The notes under the pieces are model-generated. The model was not told where the DNA came from, searched no databases, and saw only the letters and a list, made by a program, of their open reading frames with translations. This document shows, piece after piece, positions 24,101 to 32,043 of a DNA stretch of 55,117 nt. Positions within the stretch are counted from its first letter, which is position 1, and the number at the start of each line of letters is the position of its first letter. The position numbers and the translations under genes are program-made. The DNA is from a virus. The stretch lies in IMG/VR virus record IMGVR_UViG_3300020047_002759; one strand, 5' to 3'.

Positions 24101-24660
24101 AACAGACTGGCATGAGGCGCGAGGACTTTCCCTCAGGCGCGTTCATCGACCCACGCACTGGCGATGTGCTTGACTCCCGCATCATGGACGACTTGGGCGT
24201 GGTCATCAACCCAGCAACCAACCGCCCCATGATGTCAGCCAAGGGTCAGTCAGGCCTTGAGGTGCTTGACCCCAAGACTGGCTCATACACCAAGAGCAAC
24301 TTGGTGCGCAAGGGCCTGTTCAAGCCCGAGGGCGGCGACCCAATACTCAACGACATGAGCTTTATTGCAACGATTGAGAAGGGTGACGTTGGTCACAAGT
24401 ACGGCTTGGCCACCGAGTACGCCAGCCCCACAGAATTGTTTAACACAAACACTGGTGCAAACCCAACGCTACGCCCAAGGAGTAGGGGCGACTTGTTTGG
24501 TGTGGGTGACGTGGTTGGCCAAGTCCGCATCGGCAAAAGCAATCCGCATGACGTGTACGAGAAGCTGTTTGTTGCGCCCAAGGGCTCTGATGTGCAAGGC
24601 AAAAAATTGAGCAAAGCCAAGGGTGGCTTAGCCCTGACATTACAAAGAAAGGCGGCTTAG
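21118..24660 (+). CDS. 1180-aa polyprotein-like multi-module virion protein (function unknown; the middle module may be PcfJ-like)
   Basis: Three unrelated modules are separated by 'RKKGGLASMAKGGAARGIKKLKG' (22165-22233) and 'MAKGGLAYMGKGGAAKGAKKI' (23857-23919). The leader 'MSLADQVRAEMAAEK' is present at 21169-21213 and at 23920-23964. The middle module contains 'GYKWVQLD...ESDIMGHSVRGY...KVYSLRDPKGQSHVTVEV...ITQIKGKQNAAP'. Confidence 0.8.
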   Translation: MADPSKLIRGGKGAKAVMSLADQVRAEMAAEKAATRARGFGVAGEDYADPKVKPTMKFSEALGNTGSEGKTLNLTEADRSRVQGENMGGVGFSGLQLYSKPHRDANVSWGFGSEEIAKRKSKNADPEKNVFTTYIGSPDQHKSNSIVVREALKNVQAANSQNLIDPAQINLINKRIREARSKSGTLLFQSDFDVTDPQAMSAATTFDRRTAISNALMGIGVQGPMKKLDFKKANPNLEYKDPAQMDSILRRETEPMLEGLPNYSVGPRLFTLDGGVVYRPDLNFAFPHQTTGTDMGVMFEMPTIREAAPDFIKKKGYKPKDVVNARAMSMGAPTQFVSEEYLTNLQKIGRKKGGLASMAKGGAARGIKKLKGIYNEVETSMGRGKGADFEQTASPLNIIKETGGNWSPSGEMVYKSNLDRELEKLEKGRFNPKSNNIKLMLEDAVKAGDARQVEVLTTNLRSAIGNEAANKWVQSNLKNYITKQMATKDDPVRKLAEEGITAFPKNVDEYGDVELRTYGSAKARQNRKDTGYVQAGVSQSPLAKHYETMTDESISPNIAKEYQRMQNLPPMQRPAGVIDSPWLLKLDPETPIFSLSRDADFDKLGFGHMMDVLREDVAAGRIRPEKLNTISIEQAVRRTHEYDETLKANMLNARIAEQANANVFKEYPEGYKWVQLDQPGQFNLESDIMGHSVRGYEPPKGHPDYTDISGDSGHDTYGQGGYEAIKSGRAKVYSLRDPKGQSHVTVEVGQNGLREQFFKLPQKEKERINSTYKGWESKLGREPTPEEHDSQLYKIMSEMGYAPTEKITQIKGKQNAAPNESYQPYVQDFVKSGNWSDVGDLDNTGLVRIYAESELAQTLGKKGLPVPKYASQDEVSELLKQAEVGSYRDASKGKTWINDEHPDYKTDAPPAEGMAKGGLAYMGKGGAAKGAKKIMSLADQVRAEMAAEKQYGQISGMVSKVGEEGRSPIIPVPNRWFLQPDKFPNQQKLIERVLQQTGMRREDFPSGAFIDPRTGDVLDSRIMDDLGVVINPATNRPMMSAKGQSGLEVLDPKTGSYTKSNLVRKGLFKPEGGDPILNDMSFIATIEKGDVGHKYGLATEYASPTELFNTNTGANPTLRPRSRGDLFGVGDVVGQVRIGKSNPHDVYEKLFVAPKGSDVQGKKLSKAKGGLALTLQRKAA

Positions 24661-24661
24661 T

Positions 24662-26419
24662 GTGAAACACCACGACTTATTGCACTCATGGGGTCACAGC
24701 AAGCTGGCTCGGCATATGGCAAGGGGCGGCATCGCTGAAGAGTTTGACGCAAACGCCCCCGACGAAGGCGATGAAGGCTCAGGCGCTGAGGCTCTTCGCC
24801 AAGAGTTGAATGAGATTACTAATAATTTTCCTAAGCCAACACCCAAGCCGTCAATGAGCATGGGTGGCAACGTGCGACGCTTTGATGGTGGTGGCTTTGT
24901 CGATCCTATGGGTGCCCCCTCCTCCGAGGTGGAGCCTGAGGATGCTGAGTTCATGCGCCGATTGGCCAAGAAGATTGCCCAAGCAACTGGCAAAGAGATC
25001 AAGCAACTTGCTACGCCTCGCGGGGCTAAGGACTTCACAGCCAACAGCATTGCCGCCACCTTGGCAGGGGGTACATCGGACATAGTGAACTTTGGCTTGC
25101 AAGGCGTTGATTATTTGCGAGAGCAAGCCGCAAAACAAAACAAGCGAGGCTACAAACGCGAATCGGTCATGGGTGGCGACATGGTTCCCCCAAAGGTTGA
25201 GCCATACGCAAGCGACAAGCCGTTCATGGGTTCCGATCAATTCCGCGATGCGTTTGAGCGGCAAGGGGTAACTTCAAAGGGAAGCCAAGAACAATTTCCA
25301 ATATTGGGCATGATTCCTGAGACGATTCTTAACCCAGTGGGGCCGCTGTCAGCAATAAAAGCCGCGCCAGCAATTTACAAGGGAGCCAAGACCGTGGTGG
25401 AAGAGGGTTTGCCCCGCGCCGCTGAGATGGGTGCCAACCGCGTGGTAAGCGACGTGCGCCGCCCATTTACGCCAGCAACATTTCCAACTGAGGCGACGGC
25501 CCCTGACCTTGGCCAAGGCACGTCCTATGGATTCAGGCAAGGCCTGAACGATAGGTTGTTGGCAAACCCCAAGCTTGGCACAGGCAAGGTCAAGGCAAGG
25601 GAAGGTCAAGGCACTTATGTAAACACAAAGGGAGAGCTTGAACTCAACCCTTTGCAAGCTATTGATGTGCCAAGGGCTGGCAATATTGGCGAGGGGCCAA
25701 AAGCCAACCAAAAATTGCGTCAACAGATTGCCCAAATGGGTGTTGATTTAAATCAAGAGGCTATGGCTGGCCACCGTTTTTTGCCCATGGCAACAAACAA
25801 CATTAAGGACGCATCAGCCATGTTGATCAAAACCAAAGAAGGGCTGAGCAAAGATCAAATTGCTGACCTTGCAAGGGCGCTTGGCGGCGATATGGTTGTG
25901 AGCCACAACCCCAAGCTAGGCGGTGTTGTAGTGTTCCCGTTTGGCCCTGTTACAAAAGGCAAAATACCAAGCGAGTTTCTTGCGGCACAAAGCGCGGCTA
26001 GCAAAGTGCTTGGCAAAGATGCAAAAATTCAATACGGTAAATCTGACTTTGAAAAAGACAGGCTGTTTAGGGACAAGTCACAATACAAAGACGCAGGCGC
26101 TACCTCAATGTCGGCAGAGCAACAGGCGTTGCGTGGCAAGTTACAGGGCGTGGAAAAGTTTATGTTCCCTGAGAGCGTCTCGGGCATCCCCGGCTCTGTG
26201 AAAGCCGCCCCAATGGGCGGTCTGCAACCTTGGTCTCGTGGTGCCGATTACCCAACTAGCGTGATTGGAATTGGGAACGGAGAAAAAGTAGAGTACCAGC
26301 CAGTAAATTTTTTAACTTCCGCAGAGGGGAAGCGTTATCCAAATTATCGGGAGGCTGAAAAAGAACGCGGACAGATGCTTGATGATTACCATAGAACCTT
26401 TCCCTCCAAAGCGCGTTAA
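24662..26419 (+). CDS. Large virion-associated protein, function unknown
   Basis: 585-aa ORF directly after the 1180-aa gene. The GTG start is uncertain (alternative ATG at 24716, 'MARGGIAEEF'). It contains 'MSMGGNVRRFDGGGFVDPMG'. Confidence 0.7.
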   Translation: MKHHDLLHSWGHSKLARHMARGGIAEEFDANAPDEGDEGSGAEALRQELNEITNNFPKPTPKPSMSMGGNVRRFDGGGFVDPMGAPSSEVEPEDAEFMRRLAKKIAQATGKEIKQLATPRGAKDFTANSIAATLAGGTSDIVNFGLQGVDYLREQAAKQNKRGYKRESVMGGDMVPPKVEPYASDKPFMGSDQFRDAFERQGVTSKGSQEQFPILGMIPETILNPVGPLSAIKAAPAIYKGAKTVVEEGLPRAAEMGANRVVSDVRRPFTPATFPTEATAPDLGQGTSYGFRQGLNDRLLANPKLGTGKVKAREGQGTYVNTKGELELNPLQAIDVPRAGNIGEGPKANQKLRQQIAQMGVDLNQEAMAGHRFLPMATNNIKDASAMLIKTKEGLSKDQIADLARALGGDMVVSHNPKLGGVVVFPFGPVTKGKIPSEFLAAQSAASKVLGKDAKIQYGKSDFEKDRLFRDKSQYKDAGATSMSAEQQALRGKLQGVEKFMFPESVSGIPGSVKAAPMGGLQPWSRGADYPTSVIGIGNGEKVEYQPVNFLTSAEGKRYPNYREAEKERGQMLDDYHRTFPSKAR

Positions 26420-26576
26420 GGTGACGCGCATGATCACGGGCAGAGTCTTCATCAGGGTGTTTGGAAATAAATTGGGGATCCCAAGTCAGATTGCTTATGA
26501 CAAACCAATCAACCCCATTGCGACTAAATGGGCGATAGGTCTGAAAGTAATCAGAGGGTGAAAGTTTTTTATTCAT
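26256..26576 (-). CDS. Possible antisense-oriented hypothetical gene in the pre-portal gap (uncertain)
   Basis: 106-aa ORF. The N-terminal half 'MNKKLSPSDYFQTYRPFSRNGVDWFVISNLTWDPQFISKHPDEDSARDHARHLNALWRE' looks protein-like. It has no SD, and its last ~54 codons overlap the 3' end of 24662..26419. Confidence 0.3.
   Translation of the reverse strand: MNKKLSPSDYFQTYRPFSRNGVDWFVISNLTWDPQFISKHPDEDSARDHARHLNALWRERFYGNHQASVRVLFQPPDNLDNASPLRKLKNLLAGTLLFLRSQFQSR
26430..26561 (+). CDS. Alternative small ORF (43 aa) in the same gap (uncertain)
   Basis: AAGGTGA (26418-26424) lies 5 nt upstream of ATG 26430. The product is MITGRVFIRVFGNKLGIPSQIAYDKPINPIATKWAIGLKVIRG. It is mutually exclusive with the minus-strand ORF. 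Confidence 0.25.
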   Translation: MITGRVFIRVFGNKLGIPSQIAYDKPINPIATKWAIGLKVIRG

Positions 26577-26624
26577 TGAGCAAGCGTCTTATTTCAAGAC
26601 AAAGTGTAACACAGGATTAAACAT

Positions 26625-29099
26625 ATGGCTACCGAAATGCCCATTGAACAAGATTATGGACGCAACATTGATGGCGTACAAGCAACAGATGAGGACATGA
26701 TTGTTGACGTCCCTGATATGGGCGACTCAGATATTGAGGAAACTCCTGATGGTGGCGCAATTGTCACCATGCCTGATGACTTCAAGGGCCCGTCCGACGA
26801 CACTGACTTTTATGAAAACTTGGCTGAGACGGTCAACTTGATAGACCTTAGCAAGCTAACGACGCGCTACATCGACATGCTGGACAAGGACAAACAGGCG
26901 CGAAAGAAGAGGGACAAGCAGTACGAGGACGGGATCAAAAGGACGGGACTAGGGGATGAGGCCCCGGGCGGTGCTAACTTCATGGGCGCAAGCCGCGTTG
27001 TCCACCCCGTCATGGCCGAGGTCTGCGTTGACTTTGCCGCCAGCGCCATCAAAGAGTTGTTCCCACCCGATGGCCCAGTGCGCACCAACATCCTTGGTGA
27101 AGTAACCGATGAGAAGACCGAGGTTGCCGAGCGCAAGCGCGACTATATGAATTGGCAGTTAACCGAGCAGATCCCTGAGTTCAGGGATGAGACAGAGCAA
27201 CTGCTTACCCAGCTACCCCTTGGTGGCTCACAGTACATGAAGCTATGGTTTGATGAGAAGCTTCGCCGCCCCTGCGCTGAGTTCATCCCCATTGACAACA
27301 TCTTGTTGCCCTTTGCCGCCGCAAACTTTTACTCCGCACAACGCGTTTCTGAAATTCAAGACATTAGTGAGTGGGAGTTTGACAACCGCATCAAGGCTGG
27401 CCTGTACCGAGACATCAGCTACATCCGCGCCAGCGCGGAACCTGAGGAGAGCGGCCCACAAAAAGCCACAAACGAGATTGAGGGCCGTGAAAGCGATGAG
27501 AACGATGACGGTTTGCGCCGCGTTTTTCACATCTACACATGGCTTGAGCTTGAGGATGACGGCTTTTCCGAGGGTGAGATGGCTCCCTACATCCTGATGA
27601 TCGACGAGACCGACAACAAAGTGCTTGGTCTGTACCGAAATTGGGAGATGGGCGACAAAACCATGGACAAGTTGGACTGGATTGTCGAGTTCAAGTTCAT
27701 TCCATGGCGTGGCGCATACGCAATTGGCTTGCCGCACCTCATTGGCGGGCTGTCGGCGGCGCTTACAGGCGCTTTGCGGGCGCTGTTGGACACTGCACAC
27801 GTCAACAACTCGCTGACGATGTTGAAGCTCAAGGGTGGGCGCAACAGTGGACAGACGCAACAGCCCGAAATGACGCAGGTCACGGAGATTGAGGCCGCGC
27901 CGGGCATTGACGACATCCGCAAAATCGCCATGCCCATGCCATTCAACCCCCCAAGCCCCGTTTTGTTCGAGCTTTTGGGTTGGTTGGACAACGCCGCCAA
28001 GGGCGTCGTCAGCACCGCCGAGGAAAAGATTGCGGACATGAATGCCAACATGCCCGTGGGCACCACGCAAGCCCTGATTGAGCAAGGAGCCAAGGTATTT
28101 AGCTCCATCCACGCCCGTTTGCATGACTCACAGCGCCGCGTTCTTGGCGTTTTGGGCCGCATCAACCGCTGGTACTTGGATGATCAGAAAAAAGGCGACA
28201 TGGTTGCCGATTTGGCCGTCACCAAGGCTGATTTTGAACGCAACACCGACGTTGTGCCCGTATCTGACCCCCACATCTTCTCCGAAACCCAGCGTATGGC
28301 CCAAAGCCAAGCTGTTTTGGCGCTTATGGAGAAGTATCCCCAAGAGTTCAACTCAAAAGCCGTGCTTGGGCGCATCCTGAAGCAAATGAAGGTGCCAAAT
28401 ATCTCGGAGTTGATGCCAGCGGCGGCAAAACCCGAAGAATTGGATGCCGCCAACGAGAACGCGGCCATGGCATTGGGCAAGCCAGCCTTTGCGTACCCAC
28501 GCCAAGACCAGTTGGCGCACATTCAGACTCACTTGAACTTTGCGGTTGACCCAATCATGGGATCCAACCCAATGATTGCTCAGGTCTACATCCCGCAGGC
28601 CTTGGAGCACATCAAGCAACACATGATGCTGTGGTACACAAACCAAATGACCACCTACGTCACTGGTGGAACAGATATCACGCTTCAAAAGTACGAGAAG
28701 AACAAGCTGGCCAGCACGGTTGACAAGGCTGTGGCGCTTGCGTCTGATCACGTCAAGATTGATACGGCCAAGACCTTTGAAAAGGTTGTACCAATACTTC
28801 AACAGCTTGGCGAAATGATGGCTCAGTTTGCTCCAAAGCCACCAGTGGATCCCGAGTCCCAAGCCGTGTTGCAGGCGTCTATGGCAGAGACCCAGCGCCG
28901 CGCCGCACGCGACGGGGTGGAGATGGAACTCAAGAAGAAGGATCAAGAAATCGACGTGGCTATGAATGTCGAAAAACTCTTGACACAAGAACGCATGAAA
29001 ACCGCAGACCTCAGCGTAGAGGAAGCAAAGCTCAAGCGGGAGCAAGAGCGAACAGTGCTTGACCTAAATCAAGCGACACAACGTAACTTAGGAGAGTAA
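26625..29099 (+). CDS. Portal protein (putative)
   Basis: 824 aa at the head of the head-morphogenesis block. It has a very acidic N-terminus and a long C-terminal charged helix ('...ELKKKDQEIDVAMNVEKLLTQERMKTADLSVEEAKLKREQERTVLDL') reminiscent of P22-type portal barrels. The call rests on size, position and composition. Confidence 0.65.
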   Translation: MATEMPIEQDYGRNIDGVQATDEDMIVDVPDMGDSDIEETPDGGAIVTMPDDFKGPSDDTDFYENLAETVNLIDLSKLTTRYIDMLDKDKQARKKRDKQYEDGIKRTGLGDEAPGGANFMGASRVVHPVMAEVCVDFAASAIKELFPPDGPVRTNILGEVTDEKTEVAERKRDYMNWQLTEQIPEFRDETEQLLTQLPLGGSQYMKLWFDEKLRRPCAEFIPIDNILLPFAAANFYSAQRVSEIQDISEWEFDNRIKAGLYRDISYIRASAEPEESGPQKATNEIEGRESDENDDGLRRVFHIYTWLELEDDGFSEGEMAPYILMIDETDNKVLGLYRNWEMGDKTMDKLDWIVEFKFIPWRGAYAIGLPHLIGGLSAALTGALRALLDTAHVNNSLTMLKLKGGRNSGQTQQPEMTQVTEIEAAPGIDDIRKIAMPMPFNPPSPVLFELLGWLDNAAKGVVSTAEEKIADMNANMPVGTTQALIEQGAKVFSSIHARLHDSQRRVLGVLGRINRWYLDDQKKGDMVADLAVTKADFERNTDVVPVSDPHIFSETQRMAQSQAVLALMEKYPQEFNSKAVLGRILKQMKVPNISELMPAAAKPEELDAANENAAMALGKPAFAYPRQDQLAHIQTHLNFAVDPIMGSNPMIAQVYIPQALEHIKQHMMLWYTNQMTTYVTGGTDITLQKYEKNKLASTVDKAVALASDHVKIDTAKTFEKVVPILQQLGEMMAQFAPKPPVDPESQAVLQASMAETQRRAARDGVEMELKKKDQEIDVAMNVEKLLTQERMKTADLSVEEAKLKREQERTVLDLNQATQRNLGE

Positions 29100-29102
29100 A
29101 AA

Positions 29103-29276
29103 ATGGCATCGTCAAACAAAACCATCCCCGGCACCCCCGAGGGCCCCACACCCCAGCGCTATCGCAACGCAACAGGCGAAGACGTGCTTCAGGGTCAAAC
29201 ATCTACAGCGTCCAACAGTGGAAAAAAGAGTGGTGGCCTGTCTGCCATGAAGTCGTCTAAAGGCAAGAGCAAGTAA
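29103..29276 (+). CDS. 57-aa basic protein with a 'KKSGGLSAMKSSKGKSK' tail (below the ORF-track cutoff)
   Basis: The ATG lies 4 nt after the portal stop. The product is MASSNKTIPGTPEGPTPQRYRNATGEDVLQGQTSTASNSGKKSGGLSAMKSSKGKSK. Its stop overlaps the next ATG. Confidence 0.5.
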   Translation: MASSNKTIPGTPEGPTPQRYRNATGEDVLQGQTSTASNSGKKSGGLSAMKSSKGKSK

Positions 29277-29458
29277 TGCGTTTAATCAATGACCTCATAA
29301 GCGCTGTAAAAGCGCGTCAGACAGAGATCAGGTACTCGTTGGCTGATGGCAACGCCATCAACTTTGAGTCCTATCAACGAATGGTGGGTCAATACTCAGG
29401 ATTGCAGGAGTCGTTAGACATCCTTGATAACTTAATGAAAGAAAAAGACGATGAGTGA
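29276..29458 (+). CDS. Hypothetical small protein
   Basis: 60-aa helical ORF, translationally coupled on both sides. Confidence 0.55.
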   Translation: MRLINDLISAVKARQTEIRYSLADGNAINFESYQRMVGQYSGLQESLDILDNLMKEKDDE

Positions 29459-29885
29459 AAGCACGGTAGCGGGTAATGCCGCTGATTTACGGGAAGCATT
29501 TCCTGTTGTAGACCCCGGAGCGCGTCCACTTGGTGCAAGAGTTTTAGTACAACTGCGCCGTACAAAGAAGACTGTGACTGCAAGCGGGATTGTTTTGGTT
29601 GAAGAAACTAGAGAAACCGAAAAGTGGCAAAACATGGTTGGCAAAGTCATCGAGCTTGGCCCCCTTGCCTTTCGCAAACGCGACAGCATGGAACCATGGG
29701 TAGAGGGCGTTTGGTGCCAAGTTGGCGACTACATCCGCGTCCCCAAATGGGGCGGTGATCGCTGGGAAGTGCCATTACCCAATGCCGCAAGAGACGAAGA
29801 CCCCATCCTGTTTATGGTGCTCAATGACCACGAAGTCATTGCCTCCATTACGGGCGACCCACTTGCAGTGAAGGCCTTTATATGA
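29451..29885 (+). CDS. GroES/Cpn10-like co-chaperonin
   Basis: 'ARPLGARVLVQLRRTKKTVTASGIVLVEETRE...MVGKVIELGP...QVGDYIRVPKWGG...VLNDHEVIASI' follows the GroES pattern (RPLGDRVLV...T.GGI.L...G.V.AVG...V..GD.V...D.DILA.I). Confidence 0.6.
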   Translation: MSESTVAGNAADLREAFPVVDPGARPLGARVLVQLRRTKKTVTASGIVLVEETRETEKWQNMVGKVIELGPLAFRKRDSMEPWVEGVWCQVGDYIRVPKWGGDRWEVPLPNAARDEDPILFMVLNDHEVIASITGDPLAVKAFI

Positions 29886-30865
29886 ACACAGAACCAAAAT
29901 CCCCCGAGCAAGAGGTAATGGTGATTCAAGAGGCGTCAGACGGCGGCGCAGTCGTTGATCTACCCTCAAGCATCCCATCCCCTGATGCTGGCCAAGGCGG
30001 TGACTCAGACGAAGCCGACGCCGCCGCACAACGCGCAGAGATACAGGCCACTGGCTCTGTTGACCCTGACGCGGAAGAGGCCCGCCAAGCCAAGCGCGAC
30101 AAGCGCCGCATGCGCAAGGACTACCACAAGCAAGTGTCTGTGGAAAAGGACATCAAGCTCCAACAGCTTGAGCGCCAAAACCAAAACCTGCTTGAGCGCC
30201 TGTCAGTTGTAGAGCGCAAAACACTTGGATCAGAGTTGGCCCGCCTTGACAAGCGGATTGAGGACGAGCAAAACCGAGTTGTCTTTGCCAAGCAGAAAAT
30301 CAAGGAAGCCGCCGAGACTGGCAACGGTGACTTGATGGTCAGCGCACAGGACATGTTAATTGAGTCAAGCAGGAACCACGAGGCGCTTGCAAACTTGAAG
30401 AAGCGCTCAATCGCACCCCAGCGCCAGCAAACCATTCAAAAACCTGACCCCACGCTTCAGCGGCATGCAAACGCTTGGATGTCCAAAAACTCTTGGTACG
30501 ACCCAACGGGTAAAGATCCTGATTCACGCCGTGCGTTAAACGAAGACCAAATCTTGGCCGAGGAGGGGTACGACCCCAAAACAGCCGAATATTGGGAAGA
30601 GCTTGACAAACGCTTGCACAAGGTAGTTCCGCACCGTTATACTGACGACATGGACGAGGTTCCAGTAAGAACTCAAAGACCAAGAAATGTTGTTACAGGC
30701 TCAGGTCGTGAAAGCACTACTCAGAGTGGCGGTAGAAATACTCTCACTCTTTCACCCGAAAAGGTGAAAGCCATGAAAGAGGCGGGTATGTGGGACAACC
30801 CTGAAAAAAGAGCGCGAATGATCAAACGCTACGCTCAAGAAGCACGCAACAACAACGAAGGTTAA
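29882..30865 (+). CDS. Scaffolding-like protein (putative)
   Basis: 327 aa between portal and capsid genes. It has an acidic N-terminus and long charged helical segments ('KDIKLQQLERQNQNLLERLSVVERKTLGSELARLDKRIEDEQNRVVFAKQKIKEAAE'). Confidence 0.5.
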   Translation: MNTEPKSPEQEVMVIQEASDGGAVVDLPSSIPSPDAGQGGDSDEADAAAQRAEIQATGSVDPDAEEARQAKRDKRRMRKDYHKQVSVEKDIKLQQLERQNQNLLERLSVVERKTLGSELARLDKRIEDEQNRVVFAKQKIKEAAETGNGDLMVSAQDMLIESSRNHEALANLKKRSIAPQRQQTIQKPDPTLQRHANAWMSKNSWYDPTGKDPDSRRALNEDQILAEEGYDPKTAEYWEELDKRLHKVVPHRYTDDMDEVPVRTQRPRNVVTGSGRESTTQSGGRNTLTLSPEKVKAMKEAGMWDNPEKRARMIKRYAQEARNNNEG

Positions 30866-30877
30866 GGAGTTACGAAA

Positions 30878-31417
30878 ATGGATAAACGTCTAAAGAAAAA
30901 TCTATCTGCTGGTGGACGCGAAAATCGCGCGAGTCTTGATCCCGATCGAGAGGCACCTGAGGATAAGTTCGCATCATCCCACGAACGTAAGAAAATGTGG
31001 ACGGATGAGTGGACACAAAGCGCACTGCCCAACGTCCCTGAATTACAGGGATGGCACCTTTGCTGGTTATCAACAACCAACGGGTACGACAGCATTGATA
31101 AGCGTATGCGACTCGGATATACACCAGTGAAAGCTGAAGATATAAACGGGTTTGAAAATTGGCGCGTAAAGGCTGGCGAACATGTAGGTTTCATCGCGTG
31201 CAACGAGATGCTCTTGTTCAAAATTCCTATGGAACAGTATCAAGAAATCATGGCGCACTTTCACCACGATGCTCCTCTTGATGAGGCGAACAAAATTCGC
31301 TTACAGGCCGAGGCGCAACAAGGTCGAGACTCTTCAGGCCGCAGGCTTGGACAGGTTGAAGGCGAGGGTTTGGACAGTATTGACACCCCGATTCCTGCTC
31401 CGCATTTTGCTGGGTAG
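30878..31417 (+). CDS. Head-module protein, function unknown
   Basis: 179-aa ORF containing 'SALPNVPELQGWHLCWLSTTNGYDSIDKRMRLGYTPVKAEDI'. No family was recognised. Confidence 0.65.
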   Translation: MDKRLKKNLSAGGRENRASLDPDREAPEDKFASSHERKKMWTDEWTQSALPNVPELQGWHLCWLSTTNGYDSIDKRMRLGYTPVKAEDINGFENWRVKAGEHVGFIACNEMLLFKIPMEQYQEIMAHFHHDAPLDEANKIRLQAEAQQGRDSSGRRLGQVEGEGLDSIDTPIPAPHFAG

Positions 31418-31445
31418 GTTGTTTAAACAAACAAGGAGCTAGATT

Positions 31446-32027
31446 ATGTCTACAGTAAACGCTCCATTCGGCTTGCGTCCCGCGTTTCATCCCTCAGGTT
31501 TGGATCGCGCACAGGCGTTAGCTAATGGAATTGCCTCAGGTTTGGCCTCAAACATTTTGAAGGGCCAAGCTATCAAGTATTCAACCGCCACTGGTGTAAT
31601 TACTCCCGTAACTGGTACCGAAGCTTTCTCAGGTGCTTTTGCTGGTTGTGAATTCACCGATACCACAGGTCGTCGTCGCGTATCAAACATTTGGCCCACA
31701 GGCACTACATACCAAACAGGTTCATGTATTGCGTATTTCTACAACGACCAAAACATCGTTTATGAAATTCAAGCCAATGGCGTGCTTGCGCAGACTTCAC
31801 TTGGTGACGAAGCCAACTTGACGACTGCCGATTTGGCCGCTGGATCAACCGTAACTGGCTTATCCCAATCCACTTTATCAACTACTTTGGTTGGCACAAC
31901 TGTTCAAGGACAAATGCGCATCGTGGATCTCGCCCCGTTAGTTGACAATGCGTGGGGCGATGCCTTTACCGTTGTTCGTGCGGTTGTTGCAAGATCACAG
32001 TTCTTCGGTTCTGTTGTCGCAATCTAA
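31446..32027 (+). CDS. Capsid-associated protein (possible decoration/cement protein)
   Basis: 193-aa Gly/Thr/Ala-rich beta-type ORF immediately upstream of the capsid gene (lambda D-E-like order). The function is inferred from position only. Confidence 0.4.
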   Translation: MSTVNAPFGLRPAFHPSGLDRAQALANGIASGLASNILKGQAIKYSTATGVITPVTGTEAFSGAFAGCEFTDTTGRRRVSNIWPTGTTYQTGSCIAYFYNDQNIVYEIQANGVLAQTSLGDEANLTTADLAAGSTVTGLSQSTLSTTLVGTTVQGQMRIVDLAPLVDNAWGDAFTVVRAVVARSQFFGSVVAI

Positions 32028-32043
32028 TTAGGGAGATAAAAAA

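Noticed and set aside
27243-29045. Long antisense ORFs inside the portal gene (27243..28124, 293 aa; 27587..28165; 28353..29045, 230 aa)
   Set aside because: Their Val/Leu/Gly/Arg/His-rich composition is typical of shadow frames opposite a strongly coding strand. They are fully contained in a gene with a clear protein-like translation.
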